A DNA stretch of 64,000 nt from an uncultured Duganella sp. (lineage in GTDB: Bacteria; Pseudomonadota; Gammaproteobacteria; Burkholderiales; Burkholderiaceae_D), in the NCBI GenBank assembly GCA_963515135.1, contig CAUPXZ010000015.1, positions 36,181-100,180 of the forward strand. The letters are read 5' to 3'. This document shows positions 10,685-20,381 of this stretch, piece by piece (the stretch's first letter is position 1; each line of letters begins with the position of its first letter). The position numbers and the translations under genes are program-made. Under the pieces are notes generated by a model, which did no database searches, had not been told where the DNA came from, and saw nothing but the letters and a program-made list of their open reading frames with translations.

Positions 10685-11917
10685 TTATACGAGGGCCAGC
10701 TTGCGCAGGCGCCGCGTGGAGGACCAGCTCTCCACATCGGCGCTGTCGCGGATCGCGTCGCAGGCATCGACAACGCGCGCCAGTTGCGCGCGATCGAGTC
10801 CGGAATTGAGCGTCAGCCGCACCAGCGATCGGTTCTTCGGCGTGGCCGGCGCGCAGAACATGGCACCGTAGACGCCATGGTTTTCCAGCAGCTTGCGCAA
10901 GGCCAGCGTCTTCGGCTCCGGTCCGGCTTCCAGCGCGATGATCTGCTCGGTGCCGTCGCTGACGTTGTAGCCCAGCTCACTCAACGCCCGGCGCAGCACG
11001 CGCGCATGGTTGCGCAGCGTGGCGCGGCGCTCATCGGCGGCGGCGATGAAGTCGATCGCCGCGTCGAACCACGCCAGTTCATGCCCCAGCAGGCAGGAAC
11101 TGAAAATCGCCGGGCGCGACTCCGACAGGAAGTAGCCCTTGAAATAGCTGCTGCAGGTGATGAAGCCGGCGCGCCCGGCGAACGCCTTGGCCAGTGACGC
11201 CGTGCGGAAATGCACCCGCTCGCTCAAGCCCAGCGCCGCCACCAGCCCGGCGCCGCGCGGCCCGTGCGTGCCCAGCGAATGCGACTCGTCGACGATCAGC
11301 AGGCAGCCATGCCGCTCGGCGAGGTCGGCCAGTGCGGCCAGCGGCGCGACGCTGCCGTTGGTGCTGTACAGCGCATCGACCACGATCAGGCCGCGCCCGT
11401 GGCGCTGCAGCTGCTTCTGCAAATGCTCCATGTCGTTGTGCAGGAAGGACACCGCCAGCGCGCTGGCCGACTGCACCCCTTCCCACAGCGAGGCATGCGC
11501 CTGCATGTCGAGATAGACCGGCACGCCCGGCCCGGCCAGCGTCTGCACCAGGCCGACGTTGGCGGCCCAGCCGGATTGCGCCAGGATGCCGTCCTCGGCG
11601 CCCATGAACTGCGCCAGCTTGCGCTCCAGCCGGTGCTGCGCGCTGCCCTGCTGCAGATACACGGCCGACATCAGCATCTCGCCCTGGCTGTGCTGCAGCG
11701 CCGCCACCTGCGCGCCCACCAGCGCCGGCGCGCCGGCCAGACACAGATAATCGTTCCCGGCCAGGAATACCGCGTTGGCCGGCGTCGGCTGCCACGCGTG
11801 CGGATGCTCGCCGCCGAGCAGCTGGCCGATGCGGGTGACGTAGTGCAAGTCCATGCGGCGGCTGACAAAGTCGGGGAAACCGGCCGGTTGTTGGTCTTTG
11901 GCAATGGCGTAGCTCAT
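10685..11917 (-). CDS. jqsA: CAI-1/LAI-1-type alpha-hydroxyketone autoinducer synthase (PLP-dependent, AONS-like)
   Basis: NDYL, QSGWAANVGL, AHASLWEG, VDESHSLGTHG, PLP-Lys in SLAKAF, PAIFSS and FCAPATP. AGGAG RBS; next to a cognate-type kinase and response regulator. Confidence 0.88.
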   Translation of the reverse strand: MSYAIAKDQQPAGFPDFVSRRMDLHYVTRIGQLLGGEHPHAWQPTPANAVFLAGNDYLCLAGAPALVGAQVAALQHSQGEMLMSAVYLQQGSAQHRLERKLAQFMGAEDGILAQSGWAANVGLVQTLAGPGVPVYLDMQAHASLWEGVQSASALAVSFLHNDMEHLQKQLQRHGRGLIVVDALYSTNGSVAPLAALADLAERHGCLLIVDESHSLGTHGPRGAGLVAALGLSERVHFRTASLAKAFAGRAGFITCSSYFKGYFLSESRPAIFSSCLLGHELAWFDAAIDFIAAADERRATLRNHARVLRRALSELGYNVSDGTEQIIALEAGPEPKTLALRKLLENHGVYGAMFCAPATPKNRSLVRLTLNSGLDRAQLARVVDACDAIRDSADVESWSSTRRLRKLALV

Positions 11918-12002
11918 GGCATATCTCCTAAGGTCTTAGACAAAAAGGTTGTTTTTTTGAGAACCGAAGCGCCCACGATGCGGCGAAAAAAAACCGCCGA
12001 GA

Positions 12003-12016
12003 TTGATGCGGATCAA
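12003..12016. promoter_or_regulatory. FNR/Anr-type box (TTGA-N6-TCAA)
   Basis: TTGATGCGGATCAA is an exact match to TTGAT-N4-ATCAA. Confidence 0.7.
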
Positions 12017-12068
12017 CTCCAGCCTTGATATCTCCAAACCCGTTGTAAATTAAGGGGATGATGGCAAC

Positions 12069-12082
12069 TTGATAAAAGTCAA
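12069..12082. promoter_or_regulatory. Second FNR-type box (TTGA-N6-TCAA)
   Basis: TTGATAAAAGTCAA, one mismatch to the FNR consensus, ending 8 nt before the jqsS ATG. Confidence 0.6.
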
Positions 12083-12090
12083 ACGTCATC

Positions 12091-13362
12091 ATGAGGCCGA
12101 CACTGCACGAACGCTGGAAGCGCTGGCAGCACGGACTGGTGCAGTCCCTGCTGCTGTACCACGGCCGCGAAGACCACGCGACCGTGCGTGTGCTGCTGCT
12201 GTCGTGCATCGGCACCGTGGGCATGCCGCTGTACTACGTGATCTGGCAGCACTTCTTTCCGCAGGAGTACGAATCCTTGCCGCTGCGCCTGCTCGGCATC
12301 CTGCTGTGCGCGCTGGGCCTGTTCGCCCACCAGTTCAGCCGGCAGATGCTCAATCTGTACCTGCTGGTCACGCTCAGCTACATTTTCCCGTTCTTCTTCA
12401 CCTTCATGTTTTTGATGAATCACGCATCCGGCGTGTGGAGCGAGTCGCTGCTGATCGGGTTGGTGGTGCTGTTCCATTTCGATACCGGCCTGGCGCTGCG
12501 CGCCTACCTGATCGGCACCGGGCTGGGCTGCGCGGCGGCGGCCGCGCTGGGCGCCGCCGACATGCTGCTCAGCCGCGCGGTGCTGCAGCAGTTGCCGATC
12601 CACTGGTTCACCATCGCCGTGCTGTCGGTGGCCAAGATCAGCCGCCATGTGCTGGCACAGGAAAAGCTGGCCGGCATGGGCGCCGGCCTGGCCACCGTGG
12701 CGCACGAGCTGCGCACGCCGCTGACCAGCGTCGACGCCAATGTGCGCGGCCTGCTGCGCATAATGGCCGATGCCCGGGCTCAGGGCCAGAGCGCCGCCGA
12801 CCGCCTGACCATCATCGACGCGCTGGCGCGCATCCAGTTCGAGGTGCGCCATATGAACCACATGATCGACCTGTTCTTGCTGAGCGCGACGGCGGTGCGG
12901 CAGAACCTGCGTCCGGTGGAGACGGTGTCGATGGAGACGGTGGTGGAGGCGGTGCTGAAACGCTATCCCTTTACCAGCGCCAAGCAGCAGAAAATGGTGC
13001 GGCTGGAGATCCGCCACAACTTCCAGTTCGCCGGCCAGACCGAGCTGGCGGTGGTGGTACTGCTGAACCTGCTGCGCAACGCGCTGCGCGCGGTGCAGCG
13101 CGCTGGCAAGGGCCGCGTGCGCATCGTCATCGACGGCGCCCACCAGCCGCCACGGCTGCTATTCATCGACACCGGCTGCGGCATCCCGCGGCCGCAACTG
13201 GCAATGATCTTCCGCCGCTTCTACTCGCATCCGCCGCACAACGGCGCCGGCATCGGCCTGGCGCTGTGCAAGGAAATCATGGACGCCTGGCGCGCCAACA
13301 TCCGCTGCGTATCGCGCGAGAGCGCCTATGCCATTTTTATTCTGGAATTCCCCGTGAGGTGA
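12091..13362 (+). CDS. jqsS: CqsS/LqsS-type membrane sensor histidine kinase
   Basis: About 6 TM helices including PFFFTFMFLMN, H-box AHELRTPL, NLLRNA, DTGCGI and GIGLA. Confidence 0.85.
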   Translation: MRPTLHERWKRWQHGLVQSLLLYHGREDHATVRVLLLSCIGTVGMPLYYVIWQHFFPQEYESLPLRLLGILLCALGLFAHQFSRQMLNLYLLVTLSYIFPFFFTFMFLMNHASGVWSESLLIGLVVLFHFDTGLALRAYLIGTGLGCAAAAALGAADMLLSRAVLQQLPIHWFTIAVLSVAKISRHVLAQEKLAGMGAGLATVAHELRTPLTSVDANVRGLLRIMADARAQGQSAADRLTIIDALARIQFEVRHMNHMIDLFLLSATAVRQNLRPVETVSMETVVEAVLKRYPFTSAKQQKMVRLEIRHNFQFAGQTELAVVVLLNLLRNALRAVQRAGKGRVRIVIDGAHQPPRLLFIDTGCGIPRPQLAMIFRRFYSHPPHNGAGIGLALCKEIMDAWRANIRCVSRESAYAIFILEFPVR

Positions 13363-13365
13363 ATC

Positions 13366-14373
13366 ATGCATCTGCCCGTCTACGCCCATCCCACGCTGAC
13401 CGTGCTGATCGACGACAGCGATTCGTTCCTGCGCAGCCTGTCGTTCCAGCTCGACCCCATGCTGGCCAACAAAACTTTCCACGACACCGTCGAAGCGCTG
13501 CACTGGCTGCGCGCCAGCGCGCCGGACAGCAGCGTGCCGCTGCACGTCAACTTCGACATGCAGAACCTGCCGGCCGACCAGTGCAACGTGACGCTGGAGC
13601 TGGAGCGCATCTACCGCATCGCCGAGCAGCGCGAGCGCTTCGCCATCCCGTCGGTATTGGTGGTGGATTACTCAATGCCGCAAATGAACGGGCTGGAATT
13701 CTGCGAGGCGGTGGCGCACCTGCCGTGCAAGAAGATCCTGTTTACCGGCGCGGCCGATGAGAAGGTCGCGGTCAGCGCCTTCAACCGCGGCCTGATCGAC
13801 CGCTACATCAAGAAGAGCGACGATCACGCGCTGGACATCCTGGAAATGGAGATCGCCACCATGCAGGACTGTTACTTCGACAGCCGCTCGGACACTCTGC
13901 GCGAAATGGTGGCGCTGCACGATTACCGCTTCCTGACCGATCCGGCGCTGGCCGAAGTGGTGCGGGAACTCAAGCGCACAATGGGCTTTGTCGAGCATTA
14001 CATCTTCCCCAACCCCACCGGCATCCTGTTCCTCGACCAGCATGGCAAGCCGACCTTGATGGTGATCGAGACCGAACAAAGCATGCAGTCGCAATACGAG
14101 ATCGCCCGCGACAGCGACGCCCCGCGCTCGCTGCTGAAGGCATTGGTGGAACGGCGCGTGCTGACCTTCTTCAGCGATCCGTTCGGTGACGGCATGTACA
14201 CCAGCGCCAAGGCCCAGAACTGGCACCGCTACAGCGCAGCGCCGCACATCTGCCAGGGCAAGGAGAGCTACTACTGGGCGCTGTTCGACCTGCCTGGCCA
14301 CTACTTCGACCAGCCGCCCGCCACCTATGCGCAGTTCCTGCGCGAGCTGCAGCCGCAGGCGGTTGCGGCCTAG
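13366..14373 (+). CDS. jqsR: LqsR-type response regulator (REC domain with insertion, non-HTH output)
   Basis: TVLIDDS, VVDYSMPQMNGLEF and KILFTG..DEK..AFN.GLIDRYI. Starts 3 bp after jqsS. Confidence 0.83.
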   Translation: MHLPVYAHPTLTVLIDDSDSFLRSLSFQLDPMLANKTFHDTVEALHWLRASAPDSSVPLHVNFDMQNLPADQCNVTLELERIYRIAEQRERFAIPSVLVVDYSMPQMNGLEFCEAVAHLPCKKILFTGAADEKVAVSAFNRGLIDRYIKKSDDHALDILEMEIATMQDCYFDSRSDTLREMVALHDYRFLTDPALAEVVRELKRTMGFVEHYIFPNPTGILFLDQHGKPTLMVIETEQSMQSQYEIARDSDAPRSLLKALVERRVLTFFSDPFGDGMYTSAKAQNWHRYSAAPHICQGKESYYWALFDLPGHYFDQPPATYAQFLRELQPQAVAA

Positions 14374-14374
14374 C

Positions 14375-14404
14375 CGTCGTCCCCGCGCCGGCGCGGGGAC
14401 GACG
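14375..14404. repeat. Perfect 30-bp CGTC-tagged palindrome between convergent genes
   Basis: cgtcgtccccgcgcc|ggcgcggggacgacg. Confidence 0.85.
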
Positions 14405-14408
14405 CGGG

Positions 14409-16943
14409 TCAAGCCTCGCGCAGCGTTTGCAGCGGCGGCTGGCGCAGCACATTGCGCAGCCCCAGCCAGCCGCCGGCGATGGCGCACAGCGCGCCGGCCA
14501 CCAGGCCGACCAGCCACACCGCCGGGCTGAACTGCCAGGCGAATTTGAACTGGTACGTCGCCAGCGCCCAGCCCATGGCCGCCGCGCCGCTTGCCGCCAG
14601 CACGCCGGACAGCGCGCCCACCAGCGTGAACTCGATCAGCTGCGCCTGCGACAACTGCTTGCGGGTGGCGCCCAGCGCGCGCAGCAGGCCGGCCTCGCGG
14701 GTGCGCTCGTCCTGGGATCCCATCAGCGCCGCATACAGCACCAGCACGCCGGAGGCCAGCGTGAAGATGAACAGGAACTCCACCGCCGTGATCACCTGGT
14801 CCAGCACCGCCTGCACCTGGCGCAGAATGCCGCCGACATCGACGATGGTCAGGTTCGGATAATCGCGCGTCAGCGCGTTCATCAGCGCGCCCTGGCCTGG
14901 CGGCAGGTGGAACGCGGTCAGCCAGCTTTGCGAGATGTCGGTCATCGCCGCCGGGTTGATGATGGCGAAGAAGTTGACCCGCATCGAGCCCCAGTCCAGC
15001 TTGCGGATGCTGGTGATGGTCACGTCCACCGGCGAACCGGCGATCTCGAAGCGCAGCTTGTCGCCCAGCTTCCAGCGCAGCGTCTTGGCGATGCCCTCTT
15101 CCACCGATACTTCGGGGGAACCCGGCTTGTCCTCGAACCACTTGCCCTGCACGATCTTGTTCTCGGCCTGCATCTGCGCCATGGTCGACAGATTGAACTC
15201 GCGGTCGGCCAGGCCGCGCGCGCGGTCCTCGGTGTAAGTCTCAGCGGTGACCGGCACGCCGTTCACCTGCGTCAGGCGACCGCGTATCATCGGGTACTGC
15301 GGCGCATAGTCGACGCCCGCCGCCTTCAAGCGGCTGGCGATGTCCTTACCCTGCTCCGGCTGGATGTTGATGATGAAGCGGTTCGGCGCATCCGGCGGCG
15401 TGGCGTTGCGCCAGGCGGTCATCAGGTCGCCGCGCACCACGGTCAGCACCAGCAGCGCCATCATCCCCAGCGCCAGCGACACCACCTGCACGATGGTGGC
15501 GCCGGGACGCCGCTGCAGCGACGTCACCGCGAAGCGCCAGCTCTGATGGTCGACCGCGCCGCGCAGGGAACGCAGCGAACGCAGTCCCAGCCAGGCCACC
15601 AGCCCGAACACCGCAAACGCGCCGAAGAAGCCGAGCGCCGTGTACAGCGCCATCATCGGATCGCCCGCCTGCCACAGCAGCAGCGCGACGAAGCCGCCCA
15701 TGCCGAAGCCGTAGGTGGCCAGCGCGCCGGCCTTCGGCGGCTCCTGCTCGCGGCGGATCACGCGGTTGTGCGGCACTTTGCGCAGCTGCAGGATAGGCGG
15801 CAGCGCGAAGGCTGCCAGCAGCAGGATGCCGATCGCCATGCCTTGCAGCGCCGGGAAGATGGTCGGCGCCGGCAGTTCGGCCGACACCAGCGAGCCCAGC
15901 ACTTCCAGCAGCACATAGTGCGCGCCGAAGCCGACCGCCACGCCCAGCGCGCTGCCCACCACGCCCACCAGCAGGAACTCGATCAGGTACATGGCAGTGA
16001 CCTGGTTCTGCGTCAGCCCCAGGCAGCGCAGCATGGCGCAGGCGTCGAGGTGGCGCTGCATGAAGCGGCGCGCGGCCATCGCCACGGCCACCGCCGCCAG
16101 CATCGCCGACAGCAGGCCGACCAGCGACAGGAAGCGGTCGGCGCGTTCCAGCGTGGTTTGCATCTCGGGACGGCCATCGAGCGACTCGACGCGCACGCCC
16201 TTGATGTTGTGATTCTTGATTTCCGCCTTCAGCCACGCTTCATAATCGCTGGCCGCTTGCGCGCCGCCCTTCAGCGCCGGCGGCGCCGCCACCAGCATGC
16301 GGTAGTTGACGCGCGAGCCGGGCTGGACCAGGTTGGTAGCGTCGAGGTCGGACAAGGCAAACATCACGCGCGGCGCGAAGGCCATGAAGTTGGCGCCGCG
16401 ATCCGGCTCGCCGGCGATCAGCTGCGTGATGGTGAATTGCTTGTCGCCCAGCTGGATCTGCTGGCCGACGGCGGTGTTCAAACTGCCCAGCAGGCCCGGC
16501 TCCACCCACACGGTGCCGGGCGCGGGCACGCCGCTGGCGGCGGCGCCGATGCTTTGTTCGGCCTGCGCCGCGTCGGTGGTGGTCTTGACCTTGCCGCGCA
16601 GCGGATAGCCGGGGCCGACCGCCTTCAGCGCCGACAGCACCGATGTCGATAACTCACCCTCGCCCGCCTGCGCCATGCTGGGGAAGCTGATGGTGTCGGT
16701 CACCACCAGTCCGCGCCGCACGGCTTGCGCGCGCCAGTCGGCACGCACCGGCAGATCGGCGCTGACCACTACATCGGCGCCCAGCAGCTGGTGGGCATCG
16801 CGATCCAGCCCGCTGCGCAAGCGGTCGATGAAGAAGCCGGTGGCGGACAAGGCGGCCACCGCCACCGTCAGCGCGATCAGCAGAAAGCGCAGTTGGCCGG
16901 CGCGCCAGTCGCGCGCCGTCATGTTGAGGGCGAGTTTGAACAT
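14409..16943 (-). CDS. ABC transporter permease, YbbP/FtsX-like
   Basis: RDWRAG, LLGAD, LKAVGPGYPLRG, PPDAPNRFIINIQ, REFNLS and DWGSMRVNFF, with two FtsX-type TM blocks. Confidence 0.88.
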   Translation of the reverse strand: MFKLALNMTARDWRAGQLRFLLIALTVAVAALSATGFFIDRLRSGLDRDAHQLLGADVVVSADLPVRADWRAQAVRRGLVVTDTISFPSMAQAGEGELSTSVLSALKAVGPGYPLRGKVKTTTDAAQAEQSIGAAASGVPAPGTVWVEPGLLGSLNTAVGQQIQLGDKQFTITQLIAGEPDRGANFMAFAPRVMFALSDLDATNLVQPGSRVNYRMLVAAPPALKGGAQAASDYEAWLKAEIKNHNIKGVRVESLDGRPEMQTTLERADRFLSLVGLLSAMLAAVAVAMAARRFMQRHLDACAMLRCLGLTQNQVTAMYLIEFLLVGVVGSALGVAVGFGAHYVLLEVLGSLVSAELPAPTIFPALQGMAIGILLLAAFALPPILQLRKVPHNRVIRREQEPPKAGALATYGFGMGGFVALLLWQAGDPMMALYTALGFFGAFAVFGLVAWLGLRSLRSLRGAVDHQSWRFAVTSLQRRPGATIVQVVSLALGMMALLVLTVVRGDLMTAWRNATPPDAPNRFIINIQPEQGKDIASRLKAAGVDYAPQYPMIRGRLTQVNGVPVTAETYTEDRARGLADREFNLSTMAQMQAENKIVQGKWFEDKPGSPEVSVEEGIAKTLRWKLGDKLRFEIAGSPVDVTITSIRKLDWGSMRVNFFAIINPAAMTDISQSWLTAFHLPPGQGALMNALTRDYPNLTIVDVGGILRQVQAVLDQVITAVEFLFIFTLASGVLVLYAALMGSQDERTREAGLLRALGATRKQLSQAQLIEFTLVGALSGVLAASGAAAMGWALATYQFKFAWQFSPAVWLVGLVAGALCAIAGGWLGLRNVLRQPPLQTLREA

Positions 16944-17963
<1,020 letters not shown>

Positions 17964-18150
17964 TTACTGGGTTGCTTAAGTAAGCCATCTTATCGCATGC
18001 GGCGGATAGCGTGTCGGCACATCTTGCAAAGCCGTGTTACTGTGGTGCGTAAGGACCGGAAAACACCATTAAAAGTGCGTGATTACTTCGATATTTCCTT
18101 TTGAAATCATGCTCTTACAAAAGGGTATTAACGATATTACGACATACCTT

Positions 18151-18179
18151 TTGACTTCCTGCACCAATAGCGCAATAAT
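18151..18179 (+). promoter_or_regulatory. Putative sigma70-type promoter for prkA
   Basis: TTGACT-N17-AATAAT, about 210 nt upstream of the ATG. Confidence 0.5.
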
Positions 18180-18392
18180 CAATTTCATAGACGTAAGAAG
18201 CGTTACGACCAACACATAAAAGCCGCATCCGGCCCATAAAGCCAGCTCAAGGACACGGGCAATCCGTTCCAACAAAAGAAGCTGACCAGAAGAAAAATAA
18301 GATCGAAAGGGATTAGACGAATCAGAGCCAGGGCAGGCGAACTGCCGGTGACTCGTGACATGCAGGTTTCCATCATTAAAGGACATTCAAAC

Positions 18393-20315
18393 ATGACCAT
18401 TTTTGACAACTACGCCGCACGATACGAACGGACCAAAGAAGAAGAGATGTCCCTCAAGGAATATCTCGAACTTTGCAAGAAAGACCGGCTTACCTATGCC
18501 AGCGCCGCCGAGCGCATGCTGGCGGCGATCGGCGAACCGACCCTGATCGACACGCGTAACGACACGCGGCTGTCGCGTATTTTCGCCAACAAGGTAATCA
18601 AGATCTATCCGGCCTTCCGCGAGTTCTACGGCACCGAGGAAGTGATCGAGCAAGTGGTGTCCTACTTCCGCCACGCGGCGCAGGGGCTGGAGGAGCGCAA
18701 GCAAATCCTCTACCTGCTGGGGCCGGTGGGCGGCGGCAAGTCGTCGATCGCCGAAAAGCTGAAGTCGCTGATGGAGCATGTGCCCTTTTATTGCCTGAAG
18801 GGGTCGCCGGTCAACGAGTCGCCGCTGGGCCTGTTCAACGAGGATGAGGACGGCACCATCCTGGAAGAAGACTACGGCATCCCGCGCCGCTACCTGCGCA
18901 ATATTCCGTCGCCGTGGGCGGTCAAGCGCCTGCACGAGTTCAACGGCGACATCAACCAGTTCCGCGTGGTCAAGCGCTATCCGTCGGTGCTGAAGCAGAT
19001 CGGCATTTCCAAGACCGAACCGGGCGACGAGAACAACCAGGACATTTCCTCGCTGGTCGGCAAGGTCGACATCCGCAAGCTGGAGGATTATTCGCAGGAC
19101 GACCCGGACGCCTACAGCTACTCCGGCGGCCTGTGCCTGGCCAACCAGGGCCTGATGGAATTCGTCGAGATGTTCAAGGCACCGATCAAGGTGCTGCACC
19201 CGCTGCTGACCGCCACCCAGGAGGGCAACTACAAGGGCACCGAAGGCTTCGGCGCGATTCCGTTCGACGGCGTGGTGCTGGCGCACTCCAACGAATCCGA
19301 ATGGAAGACCTTCAAGAACAACCGCAACAACGAGGCCTTCCTCGACCGTATCTATATTGTCAAAGTGCCGTACTGCCTGCGCGTCACCGACGAGATCAAG
19401 ATTTACGACAAGCTGCTGTTCAATTCCTCGCTGTCGGCGGCGCCCTGCGCGCCCGGCACCTTGCGCATGATGGCACAGTTCGCCATCCTGTCGCGGCTGA
19501 AGGATCCTGAAAATTCCAGCGTGTTCAGCAAGATGCTGGTCTACGATGGCGAAAACCTGAAGGATACCGATCCGAAAGCCAAGTCGATCCACGAATACGT
19601 CGATTACGCCGGTGTGGACGAGGGCATGAACGGCCTGTCGACCCGCTTTGCGTTCAAAATCCTGTCCAAGGTGTTCAACTTCGACAATACTGAAGTGGCA
19701 GCCAATCCGGTGCATCTGCTGTACGTGCTGGAGCAGCAGGTCGAGCGCGAGCAGTTCCCGCCGGAACTGGAACAGAAATACTTCTCGTACATCAAGGAGC
19801 ACCTGGCGCAGCGCTATGTCGAGTTCATCGGCAAGGAGATACAGACCGCCTACCTGGAATCGTATTCCGAGTACGGCCAGAACATCTTCGACCGCTATGT
19901 GACGTTTGCCGATTTCTGGATCCAGGACCAGGAATACCGCGATCCGGACACCGGCGAAAGTTTCGACCGCGAGTCGCTGAACAACGAGCTGGAGAAAATC
20001 GAGAAGCCGGCCGGCATTTCGAATCCGAAGGACTTCCGCAACGAGATCGTCAACTTCGGGCTGCGCGCGCGCGCCAATAACGGCGGCAAGAATCCGGCGT
20101 GGACCAGCTATGAAAAATTCCGCACCGTGATCGAGAAGAAGATGTTCTCCAATACGGAAGAGCTGCTGCCGGTGATTTCGTTCAACGCCAAGGCCAGCGC
20201 GGAGGACGCCAACAAGCACGCCGACTTTGTCGCGCGCATGGTGGAGAAAGGCTACACGGCCAAGCAGGTACGCTTGCTGTGCGAATGGTATCTGCGCGTG
20301 AGGAAGTCGTCCTAA
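18393..20315 (+). CDS. prkA: PrkA/YeaG family AAA+ Ser protein kinase
   Basis: Walker A GPVGGGKS, KTEPGDENNQDIS, EFVEMFK and EAFLDR. AAGGA RBS before the ATG at 18393. Confidence 0.95.
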   Translation: MTIFDNYAARYERTKEEEMSLKEYLELCKKDRLTYASAAERMLAAIGEPTLIDTRNDTRLSRIFANKVIKIYPAFREFYGTEEVIEQVVSYFRHAAQGLEERKQILYLLGPVGGGKSSIAEKLKSLMEHVPFYCLKGSPVNESPLGLFNEDEDGTILEEDYGIPRRYLRNIPSPWAVKRLHEFNGDINQFRVVKRYPSVLKQIGISKTEPGDENNQDISSLVGKVDIRKLEDYSQDDPDAYSYSGGLCLANQGLMEFVEMFKAPIKVLHPLLTATQEGNYKGTEGFGAIPFDGVVLAHSNESEWKTFKNNRNNEAFLDRIYIVKVPYCLRVTDEIKIYDKLLFNSSLSAAPCAPGTLRMMAQFAILSRLKDPENSSVFSKMLVYDGENLKDTDPKAKSIHEYVDYAGVDEGMNGLSTRFAFKILSKVFNFDNTEVAANPVHLLYVLEQQVEREQFPPELEQKYFSYIKEHLAQRYVEFIGKEIQTAYLESYSEYGQNIFDRYVTFADFWIQDQEYRDPDTGESFDRESLNNELEKIEKPAGISNPKDFRNEIVNFGLRARANNGGKNPAWTSYEKFRTVIEKKMFSNTEELLPVISFNAKASAEDANKHADFVARMVEKGYTAKQVRLLCEWYLRVRKSS

Positions 20316-20381
20316 GCAGTATCCGCGCGCCACTTGTGCACGAGTGGCGCGCCGCCGACCAATAGCAGCAGGAGGCATCTT

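Noticed and set aside
12025..12037. Third TTGA box (ttgatatctccaa)
   Set aside because: Wrong spacing and a mismatched half-site; more likely a -35 element.
18014..18028. Sigma54-like cggcacatcttgca upstream of prkA
   Set aside because: GG-to-GC spacing is 8 nt rather than the required 10.
18069..18409. 105-aa and 68-aa minus-strand ORFs in the add/prkA gap
   Set aside because: Atypical codon use, no RBS or motif, and they overlap the likely promoter and leader.
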